A model generated the notes under the pieces. The model did no database searches. It saw only the letters and a program-made list of their open reading frames with translations, and was not told where the DNA came from. Below, piece after piece: positions 1-10,325 of a DNA stretch of 45,966 nt (the first letter of the stretch is position 1; the number at the start of each line of letters is the position of its first letter). The stretch covers positions 1 through 45,966 of the forward strand of contig JAGXHS010000173.1 of assembly GCA_024636075.1 (NCBI GenBank), in the 5' to 3' direction. The position numbers and the translations under genes were made by a program. The stretch comes from Propionibacteriaceae bacterium (GTDB lineage Bacteria > Actinomycetota > Actinomycetes > Propionibacteriales > Propionibacteriaceae).

Positions 1-378
1 AGCGGACGGCTGATCGCCGTGCTCGGTTGCGGCGGTGACCGTGACCGCGCCAAGCGCGGACCGATGGGCGAAGCCGCGGCCAGTGCGGCCGATGTGGTGA
101 TCGTCACGGACGACAATCCGCGAACAGAGGATCCGGCCTCGATCAGAGCTGCCGTGCTCGCCGGAGCCCGCTCGGTCGATTCCGGTGCCCAGGTGTTTGA
201 GCAGGACGGACGGGCGAGCGCGATCCGGCGGGCGCTGGACATTGCTGGACCGGGCGACGTGGTGGCGATCCTCGGCAAGGGTCATGAACAAGGACAGATC
301 CTGGCCGACCGAGTGATCGACTTCGACGACGTGACCGTCGTTCAGCAGGCGTGGCACCAGCTCTGGGCAGAGGTGTGA
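1..378 (+). CDS. murE: MurE (UDP-MurNAc-L-Ala-D-Glu:meso-DAP ligase), C-terminal fragment; 5' end lies outside the window
   Basis: Frame 1 is open from base 1. The translation (LIAVLGCGGDRDRAKRGPMGEAA, VIVTDDNPRTEDP, ILGKGHE) matches a Mur ligase C-terminal domain. Stop TGA at 376-378. It directly precedes murF. Confidence 0.85.
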   Translation, partial: SGRLIAVLGCGGDRDRAKRGPMGEAAASAADVVIVTDDNPRTEDPASIRAAVLAGARSVDSGAQVFEQDGRASAIRRALDIAGPGDVVAILGKGHEQGQILADRVIDFDDVTVVQQAWHQLWAEV

Positions 379-379
379 G

Positions 380-1822
380 ATGCGAGCGATGCGTGCGGGT
401 GAGGTGGCGTCGATGGCTGGCGGTGAGCTGCTGGACAGCGCCATGGCCGACGTCATGGTCGGTCCGGATGTGGTGATCGACTCACGGTTGGCGAGCAGTG
501 GAGCACTCTTCGTCGCCATCGGCGGCGAACGAGTGGACGGCCACGACTACACCGCCGCAGTGGCGGACCAGGGCGCCGGTGCGGTACTCGTGCAACACCG
601 CACGAAGACCCCCTTGCCACAGATCCAGGTCGAGGACACCGTTCAGGGTCTGAGCACGTTGGCCCGCCGGGTGATCGAGCAGGAACGGGCGCGAGGACTG
701 ACCACGATCGCGGTCACAGGTTCATCCGGGAAGACCAGCGTCAAGGATCTCCTCGCCCAGCTGTTGGAGCGCGCTGGTCGCACGGTGTCGCCGATCGGGT
801 CGTTCAACAATGAGATCGGAGTGCCGCTGACCGCGTGTCGGGTGGATGCGCAAACCAGATTCCTGGTCAGCGAGATGGGAACCCGCGGCATCGGCCAGAT
901 TCGCTGGTTGACCGACATCGTGCCGCCGAGCATTGCGCTGGTGCTGAACGTCGGAACAGCCCACATCGGGGAGTTCGGCAGTGCGCAGAACATCGCCGAG
1001 GCGAAGGGCGAGATCGTCGAATCGTTGTCGGCAGATGGTTGGGCAGTGCTCAATGCCGAGGATGTACTTGTCGCGGCAATGACCGAGCGCACCGACGCAG
1101 GTATCGCCTGGTTCGGAGACGGCGCACCCGAGGGGGCCGCGCTCGTGGTGCGGGGGGAGGGGATCACCAGCAACGACCTCGACCAGCATTCGTTCACCAT
1201 GGTCGTCGAAGGACGCGAGCGCACAACCCGGCACCCGGTCCAGATGCAGCTGCTGGGAGCTCATCAGGTGCCGAACGCGCTCGCGGCCGCCGCAGCGGCC
1301 ATTGTCGCGGGCATGGATCCGGACGTCGTCGCCGAAGCGCTGTCCGAAGCCCGGAATCGCTCCCCGTGGCGGATGGAACTGACGGTGCTGCCCAACGGCG
1401 CCGCCGTCATCAACGACGCCTACAATGCCAACCCCGATTCGATGCGCGCAGCGGTGAACACCCTTGCCCGGGTGGCGAAAGCCCGGCGCCGGCATCACCC
1501 CCACAGTCGTTCCATCGCCGTGCTGGGCGACATGTTGGAACTTGGTGACGGTGCAGCCCAGCTGCACGAAGCCGTCGGATCGCTGGTTGCCGAGAGCGGC
1601 ATCGACGAGTTGTTCGTGATCGGCGATCACGCCGCCGACATCGCCCGCGGAGCCGCCCCGTTGGGCGCAAAGGTGCAGCAGGTCAGCCGCGACGGCGCCG
1701 CCGAGGCAGTAGCGTTGGGGCCAACTGACGTGGTCCTGGTGAAAGCTTCACGAGGCATGGCGCTCGAAATCGTCGCAGATGCACTGGTGTCCGCGGGCGG
1801 AGCCGGAAGGGAAGACCAGTGA
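380..1822 (+). CDS. murF: UDP-MurNAc-tripeptide:D-Ala-D-Ala ligase MurF
   Basis: 480 aa with Mur ligase P-loop AVTGSSGKTSVKDLL. ATG 380 lies 1 nt after the murE stop. Position fits dcw gene order. Confidence 0.9.
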   Translation: MRAMRAGEVASMAGGELLDSAMADVMVGPDVVIDSRLASSGALFVAIGGERVDGHDYTAAVADQGAGAVLVQHRTKTPLPQIQVEDTVQGLSTLARRVIEQERARGLTTIAVTGSSGKTSVKDLLAQLLERAGRTVSPIGSFNNEIGVPLTACRVDAQTRFLVSEMGTRGIGQIRWLTDIVPPSIALVLNVGTAHIGEFGSAQNIAEAKGEIVESLSADGWAVLNAEDVLVAAMTERTDAGIAWFGDGAPEGAALVVRGEGITSNDLDQHSFTMVVEGRERTTRHPVQMQLLGAHQVPNALAAAAAAIVAGMDPDVVAEALSEARNRSPWRMELTVLPNGAAVINDAYNANPDSMRAAVNTLARVAKARRRHHPHSRSIAVLGDMLELGDGAAQLHEAVGSLVAESGIDELFVIGDHAADIARGAAPLGAKVQQVSRDGAAEAVALGPTDVVLVKASRGMALEIVADALVSAGGAGREDQ

Positions 1823-2892
1823 AGAACATCCTGTTCGCCGGGGGGTTGTCGATGATCGGCACCCTGCTCGGCACCAGAGTGCTGATCGGGTACCTGGTGC
1901 GCAAGGGATACGGACAGTTCATCCGGGATGACGGGCCGACGGCGCACCACACGAAGCGTGGCACACCGACGATGGGTGGCGTCGTGATCATCATCTCGGT
2001 GGTGCTCTCCTACTTCTTGGCGCACCTGCTGACCTGGACGTCGGTGTCAGCCTCTGCACTGCTGGTGCTGTACCTCTTCATCGGGCTCGGAGTGGTGGGT
2101 TTCCTGGACGACTGGACCAAGATCTCCAAGCAGCGTTCGCTCGGACTGAACCCCAAGGGCAAGTTGATCGGACAGGCTTTTGTCGCCCTGAGTTTCGCAT
2201 GGTTGGCTCTCACTCAGTTCAACGACCATCGAGGTGTCAATCCGGCATCGACGAACATCTCTTTCCTGCGAGACCTCAGCTGGCTCGACCTGCCACTGAT
2301 CCTGGCCATCGGCTGGATCATGCTGCTGATCGCCGGTGCGTCCAACGCGGTGAATCTGACCGACGGGCTGGACGGTCTGGCGGCCGGCGCCTCGACCATG
2401 GTGTTCGCTGCCTACGCGCTGTTGAACGTCTGGCAGTTCAACCAGTGGTGCGGCCGCGAGTCATCGTCGGGGCCGCTGTGTTATGAGGTGCGTAACCCGC
2501 ATGACCTCGCTGTGGTGGCGATGGCGCTCGCCGGTGCTTGTTTCGGCTTCCTGTGGTGGAACGCGAAACCCGCCAAGATCTTCCTCGGCGACACCGGATC
2601 ATTGTCTTTGGGCGGCGCACTTGCCGGCATGGCCGTGTTCACCCGGACGGAACTCCTGTTGGTGATTCTCGGTGCGCTGTTCGTGATCGAGACCGTCTCT
2701 GTGATCATTCAGGTCGGCTACTTCAAGGCCAGCCGTGGCAAACGGGTGTTCAAGATGACACCCCTGCACCACCACTTCGAACTGCTGGGCTGGACCGAGG
2801 TCACCGTCGTCATCCGGTTCTGGATCATCTGCGGCATCGCGGTGTCCATCGGGCTCGGGCTGTTCTACGCCGAGTGGGTGGTGAACCAGTGA
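1819..2892 (+). CDS. mraY: Phospho-MurNAc-pentapeptide translocase MraY
   Basis: 357-aa polytopic membrane protein with [15 protein letters not shown] and [12 protein letters not shown] motifs. GTG 1819 overlaps the murF stop (GTGA). Confidence 0.95.
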   Translation: MKNILFAGGLSMIGTLLGTRVLIGYLVRKGYGQFIRDDGPTAHHTKRGTPTMGGVVIIISVVLSYFLAHLLTWTSVSASALLVLYLFIGLGVVGFLDDWTKISKQRSLGLNPKGKLIGQAFVALSFAWLALTQFNDHRGVNPASTNISFLRDLSWLDLPLILAIGWIMLLIAGASNAVNLTDGLDGLAAGASTMVFAAYALLNVWQFNQWCGRESSSGPLCYEVRNPHDLAVVAMALAGACFGFLWWNAKPAKIFLGDTGSLSLGGALAGMAVFTRTELLLVILGALFVIETVSVIIQVGYFKASRGKRVFKMTPLHHHFELLGWTEVTVVIRFWIICGIAVSIGLGLFYAEWVVNQ

Positions 2893-4355
2893 GCAGCTGG
2901 TTGGACGCTGCTGACAGGAACTCCGACTGGTCGCAGGCCAAGGTTGTCGTCGCCGGTCTGGGAACGTCCGGTTTTGCTGCTGCGGACGGATTGCTGGAAT
3001 TCGGTGCCCAAGTCACCGTGCTGGACGAATCCGAGGGCGAGATCGTCACCGATCGAGGCAATCTGCTGAGCCTGTTGGACGCCGACGTACGCCTCGGTCC
3101 GGGTTGCACCGCTGAGCTGCCGCCCGAGGTGGATCTGGTGATCACCTCACCGGGATGGCGTCCCGGCGCCGAGCTGTTGGCTCAGGCAGCTGCCCGTCGG
3201 GTGCCGATCTGGGGCGAGGTGGAACTTGCATGGCGGTTGAGCCAACCCGACAAGCAGGTGCCCTGGCTGGCCGTCACCGGAACTAACGGCAAGACCACCA
3301 CCACCCAGATGCTGGAGTCGATGCTCGCTGCTGCAGGTCTGCGGACCTCAGCGGTGGGAAACATCGGACGCCCGATCATGGAGACGGTGCTCGACAACGA
3401 ACCCTACGACGTGCTCGCCGTGGAACTGTCCAGCTTCCAGCTGCACTGGTCGCAGTCGCTGCGGTTGCATTCCGCGACGGTGCTGAACCTGCACCCGGAC
3501 CACCTGGAGTGGTACACCGGCCCGGGCTTCGAACGGACCGGCTATGACGGGTACGTGGCGGACAAGGCACGCATCTACCACGGGATCACCCACAGCTGCG
3601 TCTACAACCTGGCCGATCCAGCGACCGAACAGCTGGTGATCGACGCCGATGTCACTGAAGGGGCGCGAGCCATCGGCTTCACTCTCGGGGTGCCACAGAT
3701 GAGCATGGTCGGTGTGGTGGACGATCTGATCGTCGACCGGGCATTCGTTGAACAACGACGCGACTCCGCCCTGGAGCTTGCCAAGGTGTCCGACGTGGTT
3801 CCCGGTGCGCCGCACAACGTCGAGAACGCGCTCGCCGCAGCAGCTCTGGCCCGATCCTTCGGTGTGCCGGCACCCGCCGTCGCCCAGGGTCTGAAGAGCC
3901 TGCGACTCGGTGGTCACCGGATCGAGACAGTGCTCACGGCCGGGGGAGTGCGCTGGGTGGACGACTCGAAGGCAATCAATCCACACGCCGCCAATTCCTC
4001 GCTGCGCGCTTTCGACTCGGTGGTCTGGATCGCCGGGGGTCAGGCCAAGGGCACCACCTTCGATGACCTGATCCTCAGCCACTCCGAACGGTTGCGCGCC
4101 GTGGTGCTGATCGGTGTGGACCGGGAGGAGATCGCGGCGGCATTGGCTCGACACGCGCCGCAGATCCCCACGATCAGCATCGATCGGACAGACACTGGTG
4201 CCATGGAGGATGCGGTGCTGGCAGCCGATCGCTTCGCTGGGACCGGCGACACGGTGCTGCTGGCACCAGGTTGCGCCAGCTTGGACATGTGGTCCGGGTA
4301 CGCTGCTCGGGGCGACGACTTCGCTCGCGCGGTCCGCCAGCTTCCTCAGACTTGA
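2889..4355 (+). CDS. murD: UDP-MurNAc-L-Ala:D-Glu ligase MurD
   Basis: Track ORF 2538-4355 trimmed to GTG 2889, which overlaps the mraY stop (GTGA). From there the translation shows [29 protein letters not shown] (Rossmann N-domain) and P-loop [15 protein letters not shown]. The upstream part of the track ORF is Arg-rich off-frame mraY sequence. Confidence 0.9.
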   Translation: MSSWLDAADRNSDWSQAKVVVAGLGTSGFAAADGLLEFGAQVTVLDESEGEIVTDRGNLLSLLDADVRLGPGCTAELPPEVDLVITSPGWRPGAELLAQAAARRVPIWGEVELAWRLSQPDKQVPWLAVTGTNGKTTTTQMLESMLAAAGLRTSAVGNIGRPIMETVLDNEPYDVLAVELSSFQLHWSQSLRLHSATVLNLHPDHLEWYTGPGFERTGYDGYVADKARIYHGITHSCVYNLADPATEQLVIDADVTEGARAIGFTLGVPQMSMVGVVDDLIVDRAFVEQRRDSALELAKVSDVVPGAPHNVENALAAAALARSFGVPAPAVAQGLKSLRLGGHRIETVLTAGGVRWVDDSKAINPHAANSSLRAFDSVVWIAGGQAKGTTFDDLILSHSERLRAVVLIGVDREEIAAALARHAPQIPTISIDRTDTGAMEDAVLAADRFAGTGDTVLLAPGCASLDMWSGYAARGDDFARAVRQLPQT

Positions 4356-4389
4356 CCGACGCCCTCGACCACACGACAGGAGTTCAGCG

Positions 4390-5640
4390 GTGGCGACCAC
4401 ACTTCCGGATTCCCGGCGTCGAGAGACACTTTCGCTGGGATCATCCCGCTGGGGAATGATCGGTGACGCGCTGTCGCGGCCGATGGCGAGCTACTACCTG
4501 GTGCTGGCGTCCTCCATCCTGCTCGCAGGCTTGGGGGCACTGATGGTGCTGTCGTCCTCGTCCGTGTACGCGCAGGTCTCCAACCTCGGGCCCTACTACT
4601 TCGCGCAGCGTCAGTTCCTCTTTCTGTTGCTGGGTCTGCCAGCCGCTTGGTGGCTGTCCCGACGCGACGAGTCGACGCTGAAGAAGCTGTCCTGGGTGGC
4701 GATGGCGGGGGCACTGGTGCTGCTGGTGCTGGTCTTCACCCCACTCGGCTACGACGCGGGCAAGGGAAACCGGAACTGGCTGAACCTCGGGATTCTGAGG
4801 GTGCAGCCGTCGGAGTTCGCGAAACTCGCCCTGGTGGTCTGGTCGGCGCATGTGCTCAGCGTCAAGAAGAAGGTTCTGGACCAGCCACGTCAGCTGGCGC
4901 CGGTGTTCCTCGGGTTCGCTCTGGTGGAGATCGCGGTGCTGGCCGGCAAGGATCTGGGGACCGCGTTGGTGATCGCCGCCATCTTTTTCACCGTGTTGTG
5001 GATCATTGGGATGCCGCTGCGCTACCTCGCTGGCATGGTTCTGCTCGGCGTCGCCGGTGTCGCTGTGCTGGTCGTGTCCAGTCCGAACCGGATGGACCGG
5101 ATCCTGGCCTTCATGCGGCCGCACAGCTTCGATCCGAACGCCTCCCAGCAGCCGATCAATGCTGTCTTCGCGTTGGCCACCGGGGGATGGTGGGGCCTCG
5201 GTCTGGGGGCTTCTCGGCAGAAGTGGGGTGGTCTGTACGACGGCGCCCTGAACGACTACGTCTTCGCCGTCCTGGGTGAGGAGCTCGGCCTGATGGGCAC
5301 CCTCGCAGTGTTGGGGCTGTTCATGGTGCTCGGCTATGCCGGAATCCGGATCGCCCTGCGCAGCGACTCGTACTTCTGCCGGATGGTCGCCGCTGGCATC
5401 ACCGGGTGGATGATGTTCCAGACGTTGGTCAACATCGGGGTCGCGATGAAGCTCCTCCCAGTGGTGGGAGTTCCGCTGCCGTTCATCTCTGCAGGCGGAT
5501 CGGCCCTGATGTCGAACTTGCTGGCCGTGGGCATCCTGTTGGCCTGCGCCCGCCACGAGCCGGCGGCACGGCGAGCCCTGGCGGTGCGCAGTGGCAAGCG
5601 CCCACCCAGAGTGACGACTGTGGTGGATTCACGTCGATGA
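4390..5640 (+). CDS. ftsW: SEDS-family peptidoglycan glycosyltransferase / cell division protein FtsW
   Basis: Track ORF trimmed to GTG 4390, preceded by AGGAG (4377-4381). 416 aa, multi-TM, with the QPSEFAKLALVVW motif. Sits in the murD-ftsW-murG order. Confidence 0.85.
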   Translation: MATTLPDSRRRETLSLGSSRWGMIGDALSRPMASYYLVLASSILLAGLGALMVLSSSSVYAQVSNLGPYYFAQRQFLFLLLGLPAAWWLSRRDESTLKKLSWVAMAGALVLLVLVFTPLGYDAGKGNRNWLNLGILRVQPSEFAKLALVVWSAHVLSVKKKVLDQPRQLAPVFLGFALVEIAVLAGKDLGTALVIAAIFFTVLWIIGMPLRYLAGMVLLGVAGVAVLVVSSPNRMDRILAFMRPHSFDPNASQQPINAVFALATGGWWGLGLGASRQKWGGLYDGALNDYVFAVLGEELGLMGTLAVLGLFMVLGYAGIRIALRSDSYFCRMVAAGITGWMMFQTLVNIGVAMKLLPVVGVPLPFISAGGSALMSNLLAVGILLACARHEPAARRALAVRSGKRPPRVTTVVDSRR

Positions 5641-5662
5641 TCACAGAGGGACGGAGCGAAGT

Positions 5663-6790
5663 ATGACCAGTGTCGTGCTGGCCGGTGGGGGAACAGCAGG
5701 TCACACCTCACCGCTGATCGCCACCGCCGAAGCCCTGCGCAGGCAGGACGAGGGCATCGCGCTGCACTGCATCGGAACGGCACGCGGTCTCGAGACCAGG
5801 GTGATCCCGGCGGCAGGGCTCGAATTGAGCCTGATTGATCCCGTTCCGCTGCCCAGGAGGGTGAGTGTGGAGCTGGCGAAAGTGCCGCTGCGGTTGCGAC
5901 GCTCGGTGCAGCAGGCCGTGGACATCCTTACCGCGCAGCACGCCGACGTCCTGGTGGGTTTCGGCGGCTACGTGTCGATGCCGGCGTACTTCGCTGCCCG
6001 CAAGCTGGGCATCCCCCTGGTCATCCACGAACAGAACTCCGTTCCCGGTCTCGCCAACAAGGTGGCGGCACGCTTCGCCCAACGGGTCATCACTTCTTTT
6101 CCCGGCGCCCGACTGCCGCACGCCGAGTTCATCGGCATGCCGCTACGGCGCGCCCTGACCGAACTCGCCGCAGCAGGACGCACAGCCAATCAGGCCGAGG
6201 CGCGCAGGCACTTCGGGTTGGACCAGGATCGGCCCACCGTGCTGGTGTCCGGCGGCTCGCAGGGTGCGCGCAGCATCAACAACGCGTCCATGGCTGCCCG
6301 GGACAGGTTGTTGGCCGAAGGCGTGCAGATCCTGCACGTGTGGGGTCCCAAGAACTTCACTGACGAACAGGTCAGCCACGTCGATCCGGTCTCGCGGGCC
6401 AGGTACCAACCGGTGGCCTATGTCGAACGCATGGAACAGGCCTACGCGGCTGCTGACCTGATGGTCGGGCGATCTGGCGCCGGCACCGTGGTCGAGACTG
6501 CGGCGCTGGGTCTGCCGGGTGTCTTCGTGCCGCTGCCACACGGCAACGGCGAGCAGGCACGCAACGCCGAGTCCGTGGTGGCCGCCGGCGCCGCGGTGCT
6601 GGTACCCGATGCCGAACTGGACGGCCACCGGTTGGCCGACGAGGTGCTCGGCAGGGTTCTGGACCCGCGCATCATCGAGCGGATGTCCGCTGCCGGACGC
6701 GAGTTGATGCCCGCCGACGCCGCCGACCAGATCGCCGCCATCATCATCCAGACGGCCATTGACCGGGGTGTCGGGGGAGGGCCCCGATGA
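5663..6790 (+). CDS. murG: UDP-GlcNAc:lipid I GlcNAc transferase MurG
   Basis: 375 aa. N-terminal VLAGGGTAGHTSP glycine-rich loop typical of MurG. dcw position. Confidence 0.95.
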   Translation: MTSVVLAGGGTAGHTSPLIATAEALRRQDEGIALHCIGTARGLETRVIPAAGLELSLIDPVPLPRRVSVELAKVPLRLRRSVQQAVDILTAQHADVLVGFGGYVSMPAYFAARKLGIPLVIHEQNSVPGLANKVAARFAQRVITSFPGARLPHAEFIGMPLRRALTELAAAGRTANQAEARRHFGLDQDRPTVLVSGGSQGARSINNASMAARDRLLAEGVQILHVWGPKNFTDEQVSHVDPVSRARYQPVAYVERMEQAYAAADLMVGRSGAGTVVETAALGLPGVFVPLPHGNGEQARNAESVVAAGAAVLVPDAELDGHRLADEVLGRVLDPRIIERMSAAGRELMPADAADQIAAIIIQTAIDRGVGGGPR

Positions 6791-8202
6791 TGCTCCAGCA
6801 GCCGGTTGACCTGCTACCGGCGAACGAGATCGGGCCGGTGCACTTCATCGCCATCGGTGGCGCAGGGATGAGTGCCGTGGCCCAGCTGTACCACGACCTG
6901 GGGGTGCGGGTCACCGGCTCCGACCAGAGCGATTCGCCGGCGCTGCGGCATCTGCAGGCGCAGGGCATCGAGGCACATCTCGGGCATCATCCCGATCATC
7001 TCGGCGATGCCCGAACGGTGGTCGTGTCCACTGCCATCCGTGACAACAATCCTGAGTTGGTCGCAGCCCGGGAAAGAGGTCTGCGGGTGTGGCACCGGAG
7101 CACGGCCCTGGCCGCGTTGATGGTCGGAAGCCAGGCTGTGTCAGTTGCCGGCACCCACGGCAAGACCACAACCACCGGCATGACAGCGGTCATGCTCGAA
7201 GCGGCGGGGGGCGATCCCTCGTACTGCATCGGCGCGCCGCTGACCACCAGCGGTGTTTCATCCCATCTGGGCTCCGGTGAGGCGTTCGTGGTGGAGGCCG
7301 ACGAATCCGACGGTTCCTTCCTGCAGTACCCGACCCGGATCGCCGTGATCACCAATGTGGAAGCCGACCACCTGGACAACTGGGACACGCCCTCGGCCTA
7401 CTTTGATGGTTTCGTCCGTTTCGCCACCGGGGGATCGGTGCAGGTGGTTGTGATCAACTCCGACGACCAGGGCGCGGCCGAGCTGGCCCAGAGGTTGCGC
7501 GAAGGTGGCAGTGTCGTCGTCAGTTACGGGGAGGCCGACGGCTCCGACGTCAGGTTGTCCGACCTGGACTTCGAGAACACCGCATCCAGTGCACGGCTGG
7601 AATACGGCTCCGACAGCGGCATCATCGAGTTGCAGGTGCCCGGGCGGCACAACCTGGCCAACGCGGCCGCCGGCTACACCGTCGGGCGGTTGCTGGGCCT
7701 GGACCATGAGGCCCTGCTCGCCGGGGCCGACGAGTTCGGCGGCACTCTGCGCCGATTCCAACTGGTCGCCGACGTGCAGGGCGTGCGCATCTACGACGAC
7801 TACGCCCACCACCCGACAGAGATCCGCGCCGCTCTCACGGCAGCCCGGCGGGTTGCTGCACACGGGCGCCTGGTTGCCTGCTTCCAACCTCACTTGTACA
7901 GCCGCACCCGAGACTTCGCTGACGAGTTCGGCGAGGCACTGGCATTGGCGGACGTGGCCATTGTGACGGACATCTATGCCGCCAGGGAGGACCCGATGCC
8001 CGGCGTCACCGGCGAACTTGTGGCTGACGCCGCGCGTCGCGCCGGGGCGGACACCCACTACGTGGCGGACAAGACCGACCTGCCGGCGGCGTTGGCTGCC
8101 CTGCTGCAGCCCGGTGATCTGGTGATGACGATCGGTGCGGGGGACGTCACCCTGGTCGGGCCGCTGCTGGCCAGCCTGTTGGGACCCGTGGCGGGGCGGT
8201 GA
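6787..8202 (+). CDS. murC: UDP-MurNAc:L-Ala ligase MurC
   Basis: 471 aa with VHFIAIGGAGMSAVA and P-loop VAGTHGKTTTTGM. ATGA overlap with the murG stop. Confidence 0.95.
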   Translation: MMLQQPVDLLPANEIGPVHFIAIGGAGMSAVAQLYHDLGVRVTGSDQSDSPALRHLQAQGIEAHLGHHPDHLGDARTVVVSTAIRDNNPELVAARERGLRVWHRSTALAALMVGSQAVSVAGTHGKTTTTGMTAVMLEAAGGDPSYCIGAPLTTSGVSSHLGSGEAFVVEADESDGSFLQYPTRIAVITNVEADHLDNWDTPSAYFDGFVRFATGGSVQVVVINSDDQGAAELAQRLREGGSVVVSYGEADGSDVRLSDLDFENTASSARLEYGSDSGIIELQVPGRHNLANAAAGYTVGRLLGLDHEALLAGADEFGGTLRRFQLVADVQGVRIYDDYAHHPTEIRAALTAARRVAAHGRLVACFQPHLYSRTRDFADEFGEALALADVAIVTDIYAAREDPMPGVTGELVADAARRAGADTHYVADKTDLPAALAALLQPGDLVMTIGAGDVTLVGPLLASLLGPVAGR

Positions 8203-8930
8203 TGGCCCCGCCAACGAATGGTCCACGTGAGCTGACCCCTGCCATTGCCCGACGCAAGCGACGCCGCAATCGTCGGCGGTGGATGGCAGCCGGGGTGGCA
8301 GCCGCGGCGCTGGCGCTGACTGGGTTGCTGGTCTGGGCGCTGTGGTTCGGTTCGCTGTTCGCCGTCCAGCAGGTCAGCGTCAGCACCGCGAAGCTGGTCA
8401 CCCGCGACGAGGTGCTGGCCGTGGCCAAGGTGCCCCTCAACAGTCCGCTGATCCGGGTCAACACCGAGGCGATGGCCGCTCGGGTCGCCACCATTCGCGC
8501 GGTGGATAGTGCCAGCGTGCAGCGGGCCTTCCCACACACCGTGGAGATCACCGTGACCGAACGCACCGCGGTCTACCAACGCAAAATCGCCGATGGATAC
8601 CAATGGGTGGACAGCAAGGGCGTGATTTTTCACACCGTGAAGGTGGCCAATCCGGCATTGGAGACGGCGCAGACCAGTGGTGTCTCGAACAGACTGCTGG
8701 CCGATGTCGGCACTGTGGTGGAAGCCTTGCCGAGCCGGTTGTCGACCCAGGTCAGCTTGGTCGTCGCCACCTCACCGGACACGATCACGCTCAACCTCAG
8801 CGGCGGACGAACCATGCTCTGGGGGAGCGCCGAACAGTCGGAGCTGAAGGCCCAGGTGGCAGTTGCTCTACTCAGTGTGGAGGCCACCAACTACGATGTG
8901 TCCTCGCCGGCGAATCCCACGTCCAAGTGA
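8199..8930 (+). CDS. ftsQ: Cell division protein FtsQ (POTRA domain)
   Basis: 243 aa. Basic N-terminus (RRKRRRNRRRW), one TM helix, then a POTRA-like segment (VSVSTAKLVTRDEVLAVAKVP ... FPHTVEITVTER). Overlaps the murC stop and precedes ftsZ. Confidence 0.85.
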   Translation: MMAPPTNGPRELTPAIARRKRRRNRRRWMAAGVAAAALALTGLLVWALWFGSLFAVQQVSVSTAKLVTRDEVLAVAKVPLNSPLIRVNTEAMAARVATIRAVDSASVQRAFPHTVEITVTERTAVYQRKIADGYQWVDSKGVIFHTVKVANPALETAQTSGVSNRLLADVGTVVEALPSRLSTQVSLVVATSPDTITLNLSGGRTMLWGSAEQSELKAQVAVALLSVEATNYDVSSPANPTSK

Positions 8931-8988
8931 GCTGCGTCGGCAGGCTCAAGCACAGGTTGAGACTCCGGCCGAAATGGGGTGGGGCATG

Positions 8989-9018
8989 TTGGACAGTGTT
9001 TTCCCACTCTCATAGCCT
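8989..9018 (+). promoter_or_regulatory. Candidate sigma-70-type promoter for ftsZ (TTGGAC-18 nt-TAGCCT)
   Basis: TTGGAC at 8989-8994 and TAGCCT at 9013-9018 in the 152-nt ftsQ-ftsZ spacer. Assigned by hexamer pattern only. Confidence 0.3.
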
Positions 9019-9082
9019 GAGTGTGACCGAGCGACCGGACCAGAACAACTGATTATGAACAACGAATTGAGGCGGGATTCCC

Positions 9083-10324
9083 GTGGCAGCTGCATCCCAG
9101 AACTATCTGGCCGTGATCAAGGTTGTCGGAGTGGGTGGCGGCGGAGTCAACGCCGTGAACCGGATGATCGAAGCGGGCCTCACGGGAGTCGAGTTCATTG
9201 CGATCAACACCGATGCCCAGGCGCTGCTGATGAGCGACGCCGACGTCAAACTCGACGTCGGCCGTGATCTGACCCGAGGGCTCGGAGCGGGCGCCGACCC
9301 GGACAAGGGACGCCAGGCCACCGAGGACCACTCGGACGAGATCGAGGAAACGCTTCGTGGCGCCGACATGGTGTTCGTGACCGCCGGTGAGGGCGGTGGC
9401 ACCGGCACCGGAGGGGCTCCAGTGGTGGCCAAGGTCGCCCGTTCGCTGGGTGCGCTGACAATTGGTGTCGTCACTCGTCCGTTCAGCTTCGAGGGGAAGC
9501 GGCGTTCCACCCAGGCGGAGACCGGCATCGAGGCGCTCCGTGACGAGGTGGACACCCTGATCGTCATCCCCAACGACAAGTTGCTGGCGATGACCGACCA
9601 CCAGGTCGCCATCCTGGACGCCTTCAAGCAGGCCGACCAGGTGTTGATGCAGGGTGTGTCCGGCATCACCGATCTGATCACCACACCCGGACTGATCAAC
9701 CTTGACTTTGCCGACGTGAAGTCGATCATGAGTAACGCGGGTTCCGCGCTGATGGGCATTGGCTCGGCTCGCGGTGAGGATCGCGCCCGAGCGGCCGCCG
9801 AGATGGCCATCAGTTCGCCGCTGCTGGAGGCCAGCATCGAGGGTGCCCACGGTGTGCTGCTCTCCATCGCAGGTGGTTCGGATCTGGGGCTGTTCGAGGT
9901 GTCCGCGGCGGCCAACCTGATCGAGACTGCCGCCCATGACGAAGCCAACATCATCTTCGGTACCGTCATCGACGATTCTCTCGGGGACGAGGTCCGGGTG
10001 ACGGTCATCGCAGCCGGCTTCGACGGCGGTCAGCCACCGAAGCGGCAACCCGGCATCACCCGTCAGCCAGCGATGAACCAGTCGCAACCGCGTCCCGCCA
10101 CCCAACCGGCGAGCCAGCACAGTTCCAGCGGTCAGAGCAGCGCTGCGCAGAACGCACGCCCGCAGAACACTGGTGCTCAGAACAGCGCTGGTGCGCAGAA
10201 CGTTGGCGGGCAGCGCCTGACACCCAGCCCGGCCGTCCATCAGGAGAGGACGGCACTGCCCGTCCAGTCACCCCCCGCCCCCTCGAACGACGATGATCTG
10301 GACGTTCCCGACTTCATGAAGTGA
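9083..10324 (+). CDS. ftsZ: Cell division GTPase FtsZ
   Basis: 413 aa with [22 protein letters not shown], the tubulin signature [13 protein letters not shown], and the conserved C-terminal peptide [13 protein letters not shown] start. Confidence 0.97.
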   Translation: MAAASQNYLAVIKVVGVGGGGVNAVNRMIEAGLTGVEFIAINTDAQALLMSDADVKLDVGRDLTRGLGAGADPDKGRQATEDHSDEIEETLRGADMVFVTAGEGGGTGTGGAPVVAKVARSLGALTIGVVTRPFSFEGKRRSTQAETGIEALRDEVDTLIVIPNDKLLAMTDHQVAILDAFKQADQVLMQGVSGITDLITTPGLINLDFADVKSIMSNAGSALMGIGSARGEDRARAAAEMAISSPLLEASIEGAHGVLLSIAGGSDLGLFEVSAAANLIETAAHDEANIIFGTVIDDSLGDEVRVTVIAAGFDGGQPPKRQPGITRQPAMNQSQPRPATQPASQHSSSGQSSAAQNARPQNTGAQNSAGAQNVGGQRLTPSPAVHQERTALPVQSPPAPSNDDDLDVPDFMK

Positions 10325-10325
10325 G

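Noticed and set aside
2538-2888. Long N-terminal extensions offered by the ORF track for murD (2538), ftsW (4114), uvrC (33256), uvrB (26176) and sepF (11074).
   Set aside because: The extensions overlap upstream genes or consist of non-protein-like sequence. Family-typical N-termini begin at internal starts that have ribosome-binding sites or stop-start overlaps.
9053-10240. A 395-aa minus-strand ORF antisense to ftsZ, together with similar long antisense or off-frame ORFs at 722-1630, 3348-4400, 4441-5556, 7258-8226, 14841-16010, 18440-19378, 21065-22498, 26503-27699, 36464-37402, 37484-38605 and 40672-41823.
   Set aside because: Each lies fully inside a confidently recognised gene on the other strand. 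Their translations are Arg/Gly/His/Pro/Asp-rich with no recognisable motifs. Long spurious open frames are expected in high-G+C DNA because stop codons are rare.
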